From Chthonomonadales bacterium (GTDB lineage Bacteria > Armatimonadota > Chthonomonadetes > Chthonomonadales > CAJBBX01), in contig JBMFSQ010000001.1 of NCBI GenBank assembly GCA_049967475.1, forward strand, positions 86,600-150,599: a stretch of DNA of 64,000 bases. The letters are read 5' to 3'. Shown in pieces: positions 50,389-60,029 of the stretch. The notes under the pieces were generated by a model. The model made no database searches and was not told the DNA's origin. It was given only the letters and a program-made list of their open reading frames with translations. Made by a program: the position numbers and the translations under genes. How positions within the stretch are numbered: position 1 is the stretch's first letter; each line of letters starts with the position of its first letter.

Positions 50389-51351
50389 TCACAAGGCGTC
50401 GCCGCCGCGGTCGGCGTTCTCTTTCGTATAGATACGGGTGCCCAAGGTGACGACTTTGGGGACCGACTCGTTTTTGAGGATTTTGAGGGCCGTGTCTATG
50501 GCTTCTTTCCCTCCGGTAGGATACTGGAATGTGGCGGTGAGGATGCCATCCTTCACGAGGCGCACCCCTTCGGTGGGAAGGGCATCAATCCCAATGAATT
50601 TGATCTGCTTCTCTCTGCCTTTCCCTTCTTGGAGAGCGGCCTGGTAGGCACCGTTGGCGCTGGGATCATTGTGGGCATAGACGGCGTCTATGTGGGGGAA
50701 GCGGGCGAGCGCCGATGCCATTTCACGCTGCGCGTTGGGCTGCAGCCATTGGCAATCAGCGTCGAAGATGATGCGGATCTGGGAACCCTTGATACCCTCC
50801 ATGAAGCCCTCGTGGCGCTCCTGTGCCGGCGTAGAGGTCATGAGGCCTTTCAGTTCTACGATGTCGCCCTTGCCTCCGAGGAGCTTCACCATGAACTTAC
50901 CGGCTTCCCGCCCGATCTTCACGTTATCTCCGCCGATGAAGCACGTAAACTTATCTCCTTCTACCTTTCGGTCGAGCACGATGACGGGGATGCCGGCGTC
51001 CATAGCTTCCGCTACCGGGGCCGTGAGGGGTCGGGCTTCCTTGGGGCTGATGATGATGAGGTTTACGTGTTGCTGGATAAACTCGCGCACCTGAGCCTGC
51101 TGGGTTTCACTCTTGTTCTGAGCATCTCTGTAGATCACCTGGATCTCGGGATGGGCCTTGGCTGCATCTTCGATGTCGTGGTTCATTTGCACCCGCCACG
51201 GCTCGCCCAGATTGCACTGCGACATGCCGATGACCCATTGTGCCGACGGGTTCTGCCTGGCGGAGGATGATTGCGGCGCGTTGGCTCCGGGCTTGCCGCA
51301 TCCAACCAAGAGCGCTGCAAGGAATACTGAAAGCTTGGCCGTTCGTGTCAT
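50389..51351 (-). CDS. Sugar ABC transporter substrate-binding lipoprotein (RbsB-like)
   Basis: Lipobox LLVGC, GIPVIVLDR, IGGDN, YAHND, IGIDAL. Confidence 0.9.
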   Translation of the reverse strand: MTRTAKLSVFLAALLVGCGKPGANAPQSSSARQNPSAQWVIGMSQCNLGEPWRVQMNHDIEDAAKAHPEIQVIYRDAQNKSETQQAQVREFIQQHVNLIIISPKEARPLTAPVAEAMDAGIPVIVLDRKVEGDKFTCFIGGDNVKIGREAGKFMVKLLGGKGDIVELKGLMTSTPAQERHEGFMEGIKGSQIRIIFDADCQWLQPNAQREMASALARFPHIDAVYAHNDPSANGAYQAALQEGKGREKQIKFIGIDALPTEGVRLVKDGILTATFQYPTGGKEAIDTALKILKNESVPKVVTLGTRIYTKENADRGGDAL

Positions 51352-52397
51352 TGGTTATCCCTCTTTCCTTTCTGGATGAGTACAGCCAGTGCGATAATGG
51401 CCCCTTGAAGGATCATGCGCTGTGCAATGGGCGTGGCGTTGAGGCTGAGGATCTTGTTGATATAGGCCACGATCAGGACACCGATGAGGGTGAAGAACAT
51501 TCCGCCGCGCCCTCCGGCCAGGCTCGTCCCGCCGATCACTACAGCGGCGATGGCATCGAGTTCGTATGTGAAGCCTGCTTCAGGATCCCCAAGGTCCTGC
51601 CGGCACGCATTCACGATGCCTGCGAGGGCGGCAAACGCCGCACACAAGGCATACGTCACTACCTTTGTCCGCTGAACCTCCATACCCGAAAGCCTGGCTG
51701 CTTCTTCGTTGCCGCCGATGGCATACAGCCGCCGCCCGTAACGTGTATTGCGCACAATGATGCCCATGACGATGATCGATGCCAGAAAGAGAAGTGTGGC
51801 AGGCTGCATTCCGACGCCTGGGAGCGCCTTCGTCATCCACCGAAAGAAGGGCGGGGTGTCCTGCTGCAGTCGGTACCACGGCAGGGCCGCAGGCTGAACC
51901 TTGATGCCGCCGGAGATGAGCTTCGCCATTCCTCGTGCGGACACCATCACTGCGAGGGTGGCAACGAAAGGCTGCATCCGGAAGCGGGTAATCAGGATGC
52001 CGCTTACGAGGCCGGCCGCCAAACCCGCAAGAATGGTGGCGGGGATGGCTTCCGGTACCGGCCAGCCGTATCCGATGGTAAGGAGGGCAAAGAGCGTCGC
52101 AGCCAGACCCACAACGGAGCCCACAGAGAGGTCAATTCCGCCGCTGAGGATCACCAGGGTCATACCGGTGGCGAGGAGGCCATATTCGCAGTATTCGAAG
52201 ATGATGTCGAGCTGTGTGCGCCAAGATAGGAAAATGGGCAGGTGCGTGTCGAAGGCGCGCGGCGTGAAGAAGCATCCCAGGCCGAAGACTACGAACAACG
52301 CGATGACGCCTCTGTAGCGATCCACAACATGCAGCACAGAGGACACGCGATGCAACAGCGTCCTTCCGGTTTCCGGCGGCGCATCGGGGTGCATCAT
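51348..52397 (-). CDS. Sugar ABC transporter permease (RbsC-like)
   Basis: GMTLVILSGGIDLSVGS, AIGGNEEAARLSG, YELDAIAAVVIGGTSL; start uncertain (up to 52442). Confidence 0.92.
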   Translation of the reverse strand: MMHPDAPPETGRTLLHRVSSVLHVVDRYRGVIALFVVFGLGCFFTPRAFDTHLPIFLSWRTQLDIIFEYCEYGLLATGMTLVILSGGIDLSVGSVVGLAATLFALLTIGYGWPVPEAIPATILAGLAAGLVSGILITRFRMQPFVATLAVMVSARGMAKLISGGIKVQPAALPWYRLQQDTPPFFRWMTKALPGVGMQPATLLFLASIIVMGIIVRNTRYGRRLYAIGGNEEAARLSGMEVQRTKVVTYALCAAFAALAGIVNACRQDLGDPEAGFTYELDAIAAVVIGGTSLAGGRGGMFFTLIGVLIVAYINKILSLNATPIAQRMILQGAIIALAVLIQKGKRDNQ

Positions 52398-52455
52398 GGC
52401 CGGGAGTACTCCCCGAACTCTGGACGCCGGCCGAGGATGCACTCCTGGGGATGCG

Positions 52456-53571
52456 TCATGCCAGCACCTCGTCCACAGGAAGGTAGGGCAGCCCGTACTG
52501 CTCGGCGATATCCTGTAGGCACACGCGCCCGCCTACAATGTTGAGCCCTTGCCGAAGTGCGGCGTCCCCGATGGCGGCATCCTTCCATCCTCGCCTGGCG
52601 AGCTTGCGCACATAGGGGAGTGTCTCGTTTGTGAGAGCAAAGGTGGAGGTGCCGGCCACGGCACCGGGCATGTTGGTGACACAGTAATGCACGACCCCCT
52701 CTTCGATGAAGGTGGGGTTGCTGTGTGTCGTGGGGCGCGTGGTTTCGAAGCATCCGCCCTGGTCCACCGCTACATCCACTACAACAGCTCCCCGCTTCAT
52801 GGTTTTGAGCATGTCACGCGTAACGAGTACGGGAGCCTTGGCGCCGCGCCGCAAAACGCCGCCGATGACGAGATCGGCGTCGTGGATGGCCTGCCGGATG
52901 TTGAGGCGGTTGGAATAGAGCGTGCAGACGTTGGCAGGCATCACATCGTCCAGATAGCGCAGGCGCTCTGTATTGATATCGAGGATGAGGACGTTGGCGC
53001 CGATGCCCGCCGCGACCTTGGCCGCATTGGATCCAACAACTCCGCCTCCCAGCACTACCACATTGGCTGGAAGCACCCCCGGCACTCCGCTCAGGAGGAT
53101 GCCACGGCCTTCCATGGGGCGTTCCAAGTATTTGGCTCCTTCCTGTATCGCCATGCGGCCGGCGACCTCGCTCATGGGCGTGAGGAGGGGGAGGGTGCCA
53201 TCGGCCAGTTGGATTGTCTCATAGGCGACGCACACGGTTCCTGCTGCAATCATGGCGTGGGTTAGTTCCTCGCTGGCAGCGAAGTGGAAATAGGTGAAGA
53301 GGATCTGGCCGGGCCGCAGGTAGGGATACTCCTGCGGGAGGGGTTCCTTAACCTTCACGATCAGTTCTGCCGCACCGTACACGGCAGCAGGCGTGTCCAC
53401 GATGCGCGCTCCCGCTGCTTCGTATTGGGCATCTTCGATGCCGGTACCCAAACCTGCACCGCGCTCTACGAGGACGGTATGCCCGTCCTCGGAAAGGATC
53501 TCCACGCCTGCCGGTACCAGTCCCACGCGATATTCACTGTTTTTGACCTCTTTGGGAACGCCGATGACCAT
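52456..53571 (-). CDS. ald: Alanine dehydrogenase
   Basis: IGVPKEVKNSEYRVG, LLTPMSEVAGR, DVAVDQGGC, HYCVTNMPGAV. Confidence 0.96.
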   Translation of the reverse strand: MVIGVPKEVKNSEYRVGLVPAGVEILSEDGHTVLVERGAGLGTGIEDAQYEAAGARIVDTPAAVYGAAELIVKVKEPLPQEYPYLRPGQILFTYFHFAASEELTHAMIAAGTVCVAYETIQLADGTLPLLTPMSEVAGRMAIQEGAKYLERPMEGRGILLSGVPGVLPANVVVLGGGVVGSNAAKVAAGIGANVLILDINTERLRYLDDVMPANVCTLYSNRLNIRQAIHDADLVIGGVLRRGAKAPVLVTRDMLKTMKRGAVVVDVAVDQGGCFETTRPTTHSNPTFIEEGVVHYCVTNMPGAVAGTSTFALTNETLPYVRKLARRGWKDAAIGDAALRQGLNIVGGRVCLQDIAEQYGLPYLPVDEVLA

Positions 53572-53814
53572 GATCCACTCCACCGTTGGGGTATAGGACG
53601 GCGCTCATGGGCCGCCCTGGGAAAGGCGAGCATCCCCGGGGCATCCTCGATGCTGCAGGATCCGCGAAGAGGCTCGAGAAAGCTCGCAGAAATCGCTCGA
53701 TGCGTAGTTCGCGACGCCGGCGCTCCATTCCTGCAGATTGAGCTGTCACGCCGTGTCCCCGGCACCGCGCAGGGGGCGGCCCACAGCGGCCGAACCGACG
53801 CAGGCGAAGCGCCG

Positions 53815-56184
53815 TCACCGGCGCACGGGAATGCGCGACACGGTAACGGAGAATGGCGGCAGGTGGATGCGAAGCCTGGACCCTGTTACCGCAAAGGAGT
53901 GTTCTACTGGGGCGACGCGCCGCGGATGCTGGAAGGAGTTCTCGTCCTCCGGATGGGCCGAAGTAAGTACCCAAGCCAGAGCCCGGCCTGAGGGATCAGC
54001 CCCCTCTATGGAGACAACAGCGTCTTGGGCGTCACGGCTGTAATTGACCATCTTCAGGACGAGTGTCCGCCCATCCTCTGCCGTACCCGCCGACGCAGTA
54101 ATGGGTCCGGCGGGCCGGTCGGTTACATCGTGCACGAGGCGGCCGTCGAGAAAGCAACGGATATGGTCCCCGTGAAGCTCGATGCGCACCGTGTACCATC
54201 GGCCTGTTTCCACGCTCCCCGGCACATCGCGCCCAACGATCGTTTTGGACCCGCCGACGCACTTCTCTATCGCGTGGCGAGTATTCCCCCATCCGCCGAT
54301 ATTCCACCAGTACCAGTTGTTCTGGTTCCGCACGTGGAACATGATGAGAAAGCCCTCGGCGCCGCCGAGTTTGCGGGCTCGAAGCGTCAGCGTGTAATCC
54401 TCCCAGCGCTCGTCCCCGGCGACGGACCGGTCATCTTCATTGAGATCGAGTTGCCGGTAGGCTCCTTGCTCGACGGCCCAGTGGCCGCGGTAGGGCTTCC
54501 AGCGATCGGCGCCGCCAGCGAAGTCGTCGGAGAAGAGGGTCCGTCCTCCTGCAGTCACGCGCACGTCGCGGTACTCTGCCTGGGTGTGCCAGGTGCCCAG
54601 GCCAATGGCGCCCGTAGCGGCTTGATGAGCGGGCAATACGGCCTGTAAGGTGACGGGAAGAACGCGCTGGACGCGGTTGCGGCTGAAGAGCCACTGAACC
54701 CAATAGGAGGGGGTACCGTAACAACGCGCATCGTCGAAGCAGATGGCGTCGGGGTTCCAGGCGCGGTTGTTCACGTTGACGAAGAGGGGCGCGTAGGACG
54801 CCATGGACACTACGTCGGAATTGCGCTCCAGGCCGGTCATGAAGGCAGCTTCCGCCACGGCGGCGCGGAGGTTTCCCTGGCCGCACTCCTGGGTGACTGC
54901 GTATTCACCCACGTACACACGGGGTCCTCTCCGGCTGTACCCATCGTACCGGGTGGAGTTGTCTACGAAGAACTGGGGGCTGGAGTAATAGTGTTCGTCA
55001 ATGAGATCGGCGGGCCGGGAGCGAACAGGCATATCGGCTACCAGTTGAACATCGGGGTATCGCGCCTTGATGGCATCGTAGAAGCGCGCGTAGCGTTCTT
55101 CATAAGCCGGGCCGCCGTTTTCGTTGCCGATCTCCAACATCCGCAAATGGAATGGCTCAGGGTGGCCATTCTTCGCCCGCAATGCGCCCCAGCGGCTGGT
55201 GACGGGGCCATTGGCGTATTCCAGGGCATCCAACGCATCCTGGACCCACGGGCCAAGTTGGTCCAAGGGCACATTGCCCCCGTGGGCCATGCCGCAGTTG
55301 ATTACGAAGAGAGGTTCCGCTCCTAGATCCTCGCACATCTGGAGGTATTCGTGGAAGCCGAGGCCATCGGTTGAGTAGTAGCCCCACAAGTTCCAGTGGC
55401 CGGGGCGTTCCCAAACAGGTCCCACGGTCGCCTTCCACCGGAAGGCATTGGTGAGCTGGTCCCCTTCACAAAAGCATCCACCCGGGAAACGCACGAAGGC
55501 GGGTTTCAGGTCGGCCAGCATGGAGGCGAGGTCCTTCCGGAGGCCATTCGGGCGGCGTTTGAAGGTGTCCGCGGGCATGAGGGATGCGAAGGCAAGGTAA
55601 TAGGTACCCGGTTGCATGGAACGCAATACGAGGCGCGCTTTGGGATCGTCCAGGTTGCCCTTCAGCGTAACGACACGCATCGTCCATCCGTGCCCCAGTG
55701 GTTTGATGCGGGCAGCAGAACTGACGGGTCCGGATGCGCCCTCCAGCACCGCCGAAAGTTCGCCATTCCCAGACTCACTCCGTGCAAACAGGGTGAGTCG
55801 GTAGCTCGATCCGCGGCGAATTGCCATGCCCCAGTAGCCGGCGTTCGCCACCCCCTCACCTGGGCGTTGGGCCACCAACTTGAGTTCGCGAGGGTTGGCC
55901 GCATTGAGGGGTTGCGCAGCGTCCACAGAGATCGCGGCTCCATCTACAGCGGTCCACCCTTCGAGGGCATCTCGAGCGGAAAACGTTCGGTTGCGCACCA
56001 TTTCCGCATAGAGCCCTCCATCGCCGGCATGGTTGATCTCCTCGAAGAAGATGCCGAAAAGCCTCGGACTTGCCCTGTGTGTAGGGTGACGGGCGTCTAT
56101 AGACAGGGTGGCTTTGGCAGGCGGGGCCAGCATAGGGCCCGAATTGAGGAAGGCGCACGCAGCGAAGGCTATAGGTAGGCACAT
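53815..56184 (-). CDS. Alpha-L-arabinofuranosidase (GH51) with inserted beta-sandwich domain
   Basis: FGIFFEEINHAGDGGLYAE, RFPGGC, EIGNEN, YVGEYA, MASYAPL. Confidence 0.92.
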   Translation of the reverse strand: MCLPIAFAACAFLNSGPMLAPPAKATLSIDARHPTHRASPRLFGIFFEEINHAGDGGLYAEMVRNRTFSARDALEGWTAVDGAAISVDAAQPLNAANPRELKLVAQRPGEGVANAGYWGMAIRRGSSYRLTLFARSESGNGELSAVLEGASGPVSSAARIKPLGHGWTMRVVTLKGNLDDPKARLVLRSMQPGTYYLAFASLMPADTFKRRPNGLRKDLASMLADLKPAFVRFPGGCFCEGDQLTNAFRWKATVGPVWERPGHWNLWGYYSTDGLGFHEYLQMCEDLGAEPLFVINCGMAHGGNVPLDQLGPWVQDALDALEYANGPVTSRWGALRAKNGHPEPFHLRMLEIGNENGGPAYEERYARFYDAIKARYPDVQLVADMPVRSRPADLIDEHYYSSPQFFVDNSTRYDGYSRRGPRVYVGEYAVTQECGQGNLRAAVAEAAFMTGLERNSDVVSMASYAPLFVNVNNRAWNPDAICFDDARCYGTPSYWVQWLFSRNRVQRVLPVTLQAVLPAHQAATGAIGLGTWHTQAEYRDVRVTAGGRTLFSDDFAGGADRWKPYRGHWAVEQGAYRQLDLNEDDRSVAGDERWEDYTLTLRARKLGGAEGFLIMFHVRNQNNWYWWNIGGWGNTRHAIEKCVGGSKTIVGRDVPGSVETGRWYTVRIELHGDHIRCFLDGRLVHDVTDRPAGPITASAGTAEDGRTLVLKMVNYSRDAQDAVVSIEGADPSGRALAWVLTSAHPEDENSFQHPRRVAPVEHSFAVTGSRLRIHLPPFSVTVSRIPVRR

Positions 56185-56325
56185 CTTCGGTTCCTCAACG
56201 AAGTCTTATATGCAATCGGCCCGTGAACCTCGACCGTTTCGAGGTCGGTTCCCAACTGTTGGATTGGCGTTCATCGTGTCCACAGTTCGACGAGCGGGCG
56301 GTTCCTTCCTCGGGTGCGCTTATGG

Positions 56326-57045
56326 CTACGCAGCAGGATCGTTGGGAGGTTGCTTTTCCGGTTCCTTGCCGCATGGCACGGGCGGCAGCACGAGGCCGTA
56401 GGGGCATTCGCGGACGCCGGTTCGCACAGCCCACGCCGAGTCGCCCCAGGAATAATGCCAAAACTCATCTCTGCAGTTCGAGAACCCTGCGCTGAGCATG
56501 GCAGCAACCAAGATCATGCGGTTGGCCCGCGATGGCCCTGCCGGTATCGGCGACCATGTGTATGCCGCTTGCCATCCTTCGGCGGGTGCACTGAGGTCGG
56601 CGAGGTTTCCGGAAGGATCCAGAAGGGCAACATCTACTGCACCGCCTGTGCAATGCCCTGGCGGCGCGGGTTGGTCATAAGGGGCGAAGTATTGGTTGGT
56701 TGCGCGGCGAAGCGCCGAAAGCGGCCAATCGGGGTGCTGGGCCTTCAATTTCTGAAAGTACCCGTCCCACAGGTCTTTCTGCATGGCCAGCGTTCGCAGG
56801 CAAGTGCCCACTCGGATGCGGTATCCCTTAGGAAGGCCGGCTGATGCCGTGTGGAGCATGCGGGCCACGGTGACCCGGAGGTAAGGGCAGACCCCTTCGG
56901 CGGGAACTTCAACGAGGGGGCAGGCTTCGCGGATATCCACCAGCGGTTCGTGGTTCTCATGGATGCGCACGCGGTTCAGGGCGGACACAGGCTCAGGGGC
57001 GCCGATCTTCATTGGGCATATCGCATGCGGGTGGCCGACCGGCAC
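56326..57045 (-). CDS. D-Ala-D-Ala dipeptidase (M15, VanX/DdpX-like)
   Basis: PGHCTGGAVDV and EFWHYS zinc motifs; start may be 57012. Confidence 0.85.
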   Translation of the reverse strand: MPVGHPHAICPMKIGAPEPVSALNRVRIHENHEPLVDIREACPLVEVPAEGVCPYLRVTVARMLHTASAGLPKGYRIRVGTCLRTLAMQKDLWDGYFQKLKAQHPDWPLSALRRATNQYFAPYDQPAPPGHCTGGAVDVALLDPSGNLADLSAPAEGWQAAYTWSPIPAGPSRANRMILVAAMLSAGFSNCRDEFWHYSWGDSAWAVRTGVRECPYGLVLPPVPCGKEPEKQPPNDPAA

Positions 57046-57131
57046 GCAGCGGAGCCGAGGTATGGTGCCCCGACGGCTGGCAGAGAACGGTTACGCATCA
57101 GTACCAGTAGCGGACAGGGCCCGCAGGGTGA

Positions 57132-57479
57132 TCATTCGTCTTCATCGCCATCGTCTTCGGGTTCTTCCATGGCGCCGGAGCTATCCGTGTAGCGACTAAT
57201 CTCTTCCCCGCGGAACACATGGGCCACGAAGTCTTCCCGCTCAAAGCGCGCCATATAGGAGGATACGATGTCGTCGTCAATCTGGGCCAACAACTCCTCT
57301 TCATCGGACACGCTCATGTCGGCCTCGAAAATGATGGTAGCATGGATCGTGTCCTGGGCATAGTGAAGATCGAGCTGCCCCACCCGGCGTTCCCCTTCCC
57401 AGATGAGATAGATTTCCGAGGACACGGTGCGCACGAGGCGCGTCAGTTTGAAGCGGTTCTCCACCCCCTCTTCCTCCAT
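57132..57479 (-). CDS. Small acidic hypothetical protein
   Basis: 115-aa ORF with host-like codon use between two same-strand genes. Confidence 0.7.
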   Translation of the reverse strand: MEEEGVENRFKLTRLVRTVSSEIYLIWEGERRVGQLDLHYAQDTIHATIIFEADMSVSDEEELLAQIDDDIVSSYMARFEREDFVAHVFRGEEISRYTDSSGAMEEPEDDGDEDE

Positions 57480-57501
57480 GATGCATCGGAACGGGTTCGT
57501 G

Positions 57502-58887
57502 TCAGGTGGCGGCCTTCAAGCCTAGGGCTTGTACGAGGCGCGTGTCCGCCAAGCTCACGATGCGTATCGCCCCCCGATCCGCATCTTCAACAAAGGCCAC
57601 AGCCTCTATGGGTTCCGTAACCTCCAGGGTGGCATGGTGAATCGTAATATGCACCCTGGGATGCACAACGCATTGTACCACGACTGCAGCTTCCATGCGT
57701 TCACCGGCACGCATGAGGGTGATGCGCTTCTCGCTCAAGAGATCCCGCAGGCTGGCTTCGAGCTGTTCCCTTTTCGATTTGAGCGCCTGCATCACCTTCC
57801 GCCGGTTGGAGGCTTCGCCGTCGGTAGGGGAGGCAGAGAGCGGCCTGAGGGCTTGTGCCACTTGGTGGATTGCCTCTTTAGTGCGGCTGATCTCGGCTTC
57901 CAGTTCGTCCAAGCGATGGGCGCTCACCTTGTCGAAGCCTACAGCCACGCGGGTGTCGGTGTCCGCAGAGCCCAGCGTGCCGACGATGAGCCCTTCGCCC
58001 GCGATGAGAGACCCGCCGGACACTTGCGTGCCTGCGGCGCCCAGGATGCGCCGGCGCGTGATCACCGTGCATTGGCGCAGGAGCGTGTCCATACGGACAT
58101 TCTCTTCGGTTACAATGGTGCATCGTGCCGCTCGTGTGAGGCGTACTTCGCCGAGGGCGCGGATTGTGGCGCCTGCAGCGATGCCCCGGATTACTACGGG
58201 TCCGCGGGCGCGTATCCGGGTGCCCTTAACGTCGCCGCGCACCGCCAGCCCGCCCGGGAATTCCAAGGTGTCGAAGCCCAGATCACTGTCGTGGATCTGC
58301 ACCGGATGCACGATCACCGTGTTGCCTTTGACTTCTACGACGCCGTCTTCGGCGGCGAAGAAGCGCTGGCGGTCGGCAGACGTGGTGATGCCCGGCCCGG
58401 CGATGAGGGCCGCGTTCCTTCCACCATCCGGGGGGATCGGCTTGAGGGGCGCAGTGATTGTAGCGCCTGGGGCACCTCGGGCGGGAGGGATAATCACAGC
58501 GATAAGGCTCCCTCGCGTTACGCGCCGCTCCGCGGGTATGGCAAAGTAATCCACGCACCCGTCCTGAGTGCGCGGCAACGGCTGGCGGGCAGTATGCTCG
58601 TTAATTGCCCAGCGGACGCGCCCGTCCACGCCATCAACGGGCGCTATGCCCTGGGCTACCATGAACCTGAGGGGCGGCATGTTCGTCTCCTCCGAATAGT
58701 GGGCTGCTTGGATGATGGCGGGCCTGAGGTACCCGTAAACGATGCCGCTTTCCCTCAGGAGTGCCATAATCTGTTGGGCGGTGGTTCCTGAACCGCCGGT
58801 TCGCCGCGGCGTGACCGTCACATAGGCCTGGCAATTTGTTTCGTCCAGGTCCAGTTCAACCTTGCTGTTGGGGTTGTATCGGTGCAT
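57502..58887 (-). CDS. FapA/DUF342-family protein
   Basis: VAQGIAPVDGVDG, IPPARGAPG, VRGDV, GGSLIA, coiled coil, VHPRVHITI; start set at ATG 58887 after GGAG. Confidence 0.8.
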   Translation of the reverse strand: MHRYNPNSKVELDLDETNCQAYVTVTPRRTGGSGTTAQQIMALLRESGIVYGYLRPAIIQAAHYSEETNMPPLRFMVAQGIAPVDGVDGRVRWAINEHTARQPLPRTQDGCVDYFAIPAERRVTRGSLIAVIIPPARGAPGATITAPLKPIPPDGGRNAALIAGPGITTSADRQRFFAAEDGVVEVKGNTVIVHPVQIHDSDLGFDTLEFPGGLAVRGDVKGTRIRARGPVVIRGIAAGATIRALGEVRLTRAARCTIVTEENVRMDTLLRQCTVITRRRILGAAGTQVSGGSLIAGEGLIVGTLGSADTDTRVAVGFDKVSAHRLDELEAEISRTKEAIHQVAQALRPLSASPTDGEASNRRKVMQALKSKREQLEASLRDLLSEKRITLMRAGERMEAAVVVQCVVHPRVHITIHHATLEVTEPIEAVAFVEDADRGAIRIVSLADTRLVQALGLKAAT

Positions 58888-59085
58888 CGAGTGTCGCTCC
58901 AGGTGCGGCACGGTTTATTATCGGCAGATTGGGGCAAGAGGCAAGGATTTCAGGGATCGGCGGCGAAATAGAATGCCGGTTCGGTGTGGATAACGGCCGG
59001 CGCGTGCCGAAAATAGTCGTAGACCGCTGCGCCCGCGCCACCAATGCCGGGTTTGCGGGGTGTTGGCGGGATGCTATGACACCCA

Positions 59086-59955
59086 ATGGGAGGAAGGCTC
59101 TTGCGTGTAGGCGTGCTTCTCTTTTTTGCGGCGATGTGGGTGTGCACACCTGCGTGGGCAGACAGCGTGATTGTGCTGGATCTTCCGCCTACTCGAACCG
59201 CGGAGGTTCCGCAGCGGCATGAGCCGGCACGGCGAAACATCCGGTCTATCCCGTCGCGTCATCAGGTTCAGCGATCCGAAGATGTGGACCGAACGGGCTA
59301 CGCTCCCCGCAGCCGAGGAGAACGCGTTGTGGGCAGGCTGGGTGTGATCACGCGGACTACGTTCTTGCGGGGGCGCCCCAGCACCCGCAGCCATGCGCTC
59401 ACCCAGGTCCATTCGGGTACGTACGTAGCCCTTACAGGGGAAACGGGTTCTTGGTTTGGCATCCTGATGCAGGATCGGTCCACCGGCTGGGCGCCCAGCA
59501 GTTGTGTGAAGGTTTTGGAATACGAGGTAGTGTCCACAGCACCGGATCGGCATTCCTACGGGCCGCCGCCGGTGAATACGTCTCTCATGGCGGGGTGGCA
59601 GCAGGCGGTGATCCAGGAAGCGTACCGGTTTCTGGGTGTGCCCTACAAGTTTGGGGGAACGTCGCCAACAGGGCTGGATTGCTCGGCCTTCGTGCAGCAC
59701 TGCTTCAAGGTTCTGGGGATTGACCTTCCGAGAACCGCCCATGAACAGGCTCTGGTGGGTGTCCCTGTTTCAGAAGATCAACTTCAGGCCGCCGACCGGC
59801 TGTACTTTGCCGGGCGGGATGGGCGCATCACCCACACGGGCATCTACATCGGGAACGGGTATTTCATCCACGCATCGTCACGCAACGGCGCAGTGGCCAT
59901 CAGCAGGTTGAGCGATCCTCTTTACCAGCGCATGTTTGCCGGCGCACGGCGCTAG
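59086..59955 (+). CDS. NlpC/P60 cell-wall peptidase with SH3-like domain
   Basis: Signal peptide; LGVPYKFGG, GLDCSAFV, HTGIY, IHASS. Confidence 0.92.
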   Translation: MGGRLLRVGVLLFFAAMWVCTPAWADSVIVLDLPPTRTAEVPQRHEPARRNIRSIPSRHQVQRSEDVDRTGYAPRSRGERVVGRLGVITRTTFLRGRPSTRSHALTQVHSGTYVALTGETGSWFGILMQDRSTGWAPSSCVKVLEYEVVSTAPDRHSYGPPPVNTSLMAGWQQAVIQEAYRFLGVPYKFGGTSPTGLDCSAFVQHCFKVLGIDLPRTAHEQALVGVPVSEDQLQAADRLYFAGRDGRITHTGIYIGNGYFIHASSRNGAVAISRLSDPLYQRMFAGARR

Positions 59956-60029
59956 GACGGGCGTCCGAACATCGGCACCCGCTGCCTGTTCCCCATGCGG
60001 GTTCCCCGGGGCAAATAGGGCGCGCTAGG

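Noticed and set aside
56227..56245. Hairpin ACCTCGA/TCGAGGT
   Set aside because: Short stem with no U-tract on the relevant strand; function unsupported.
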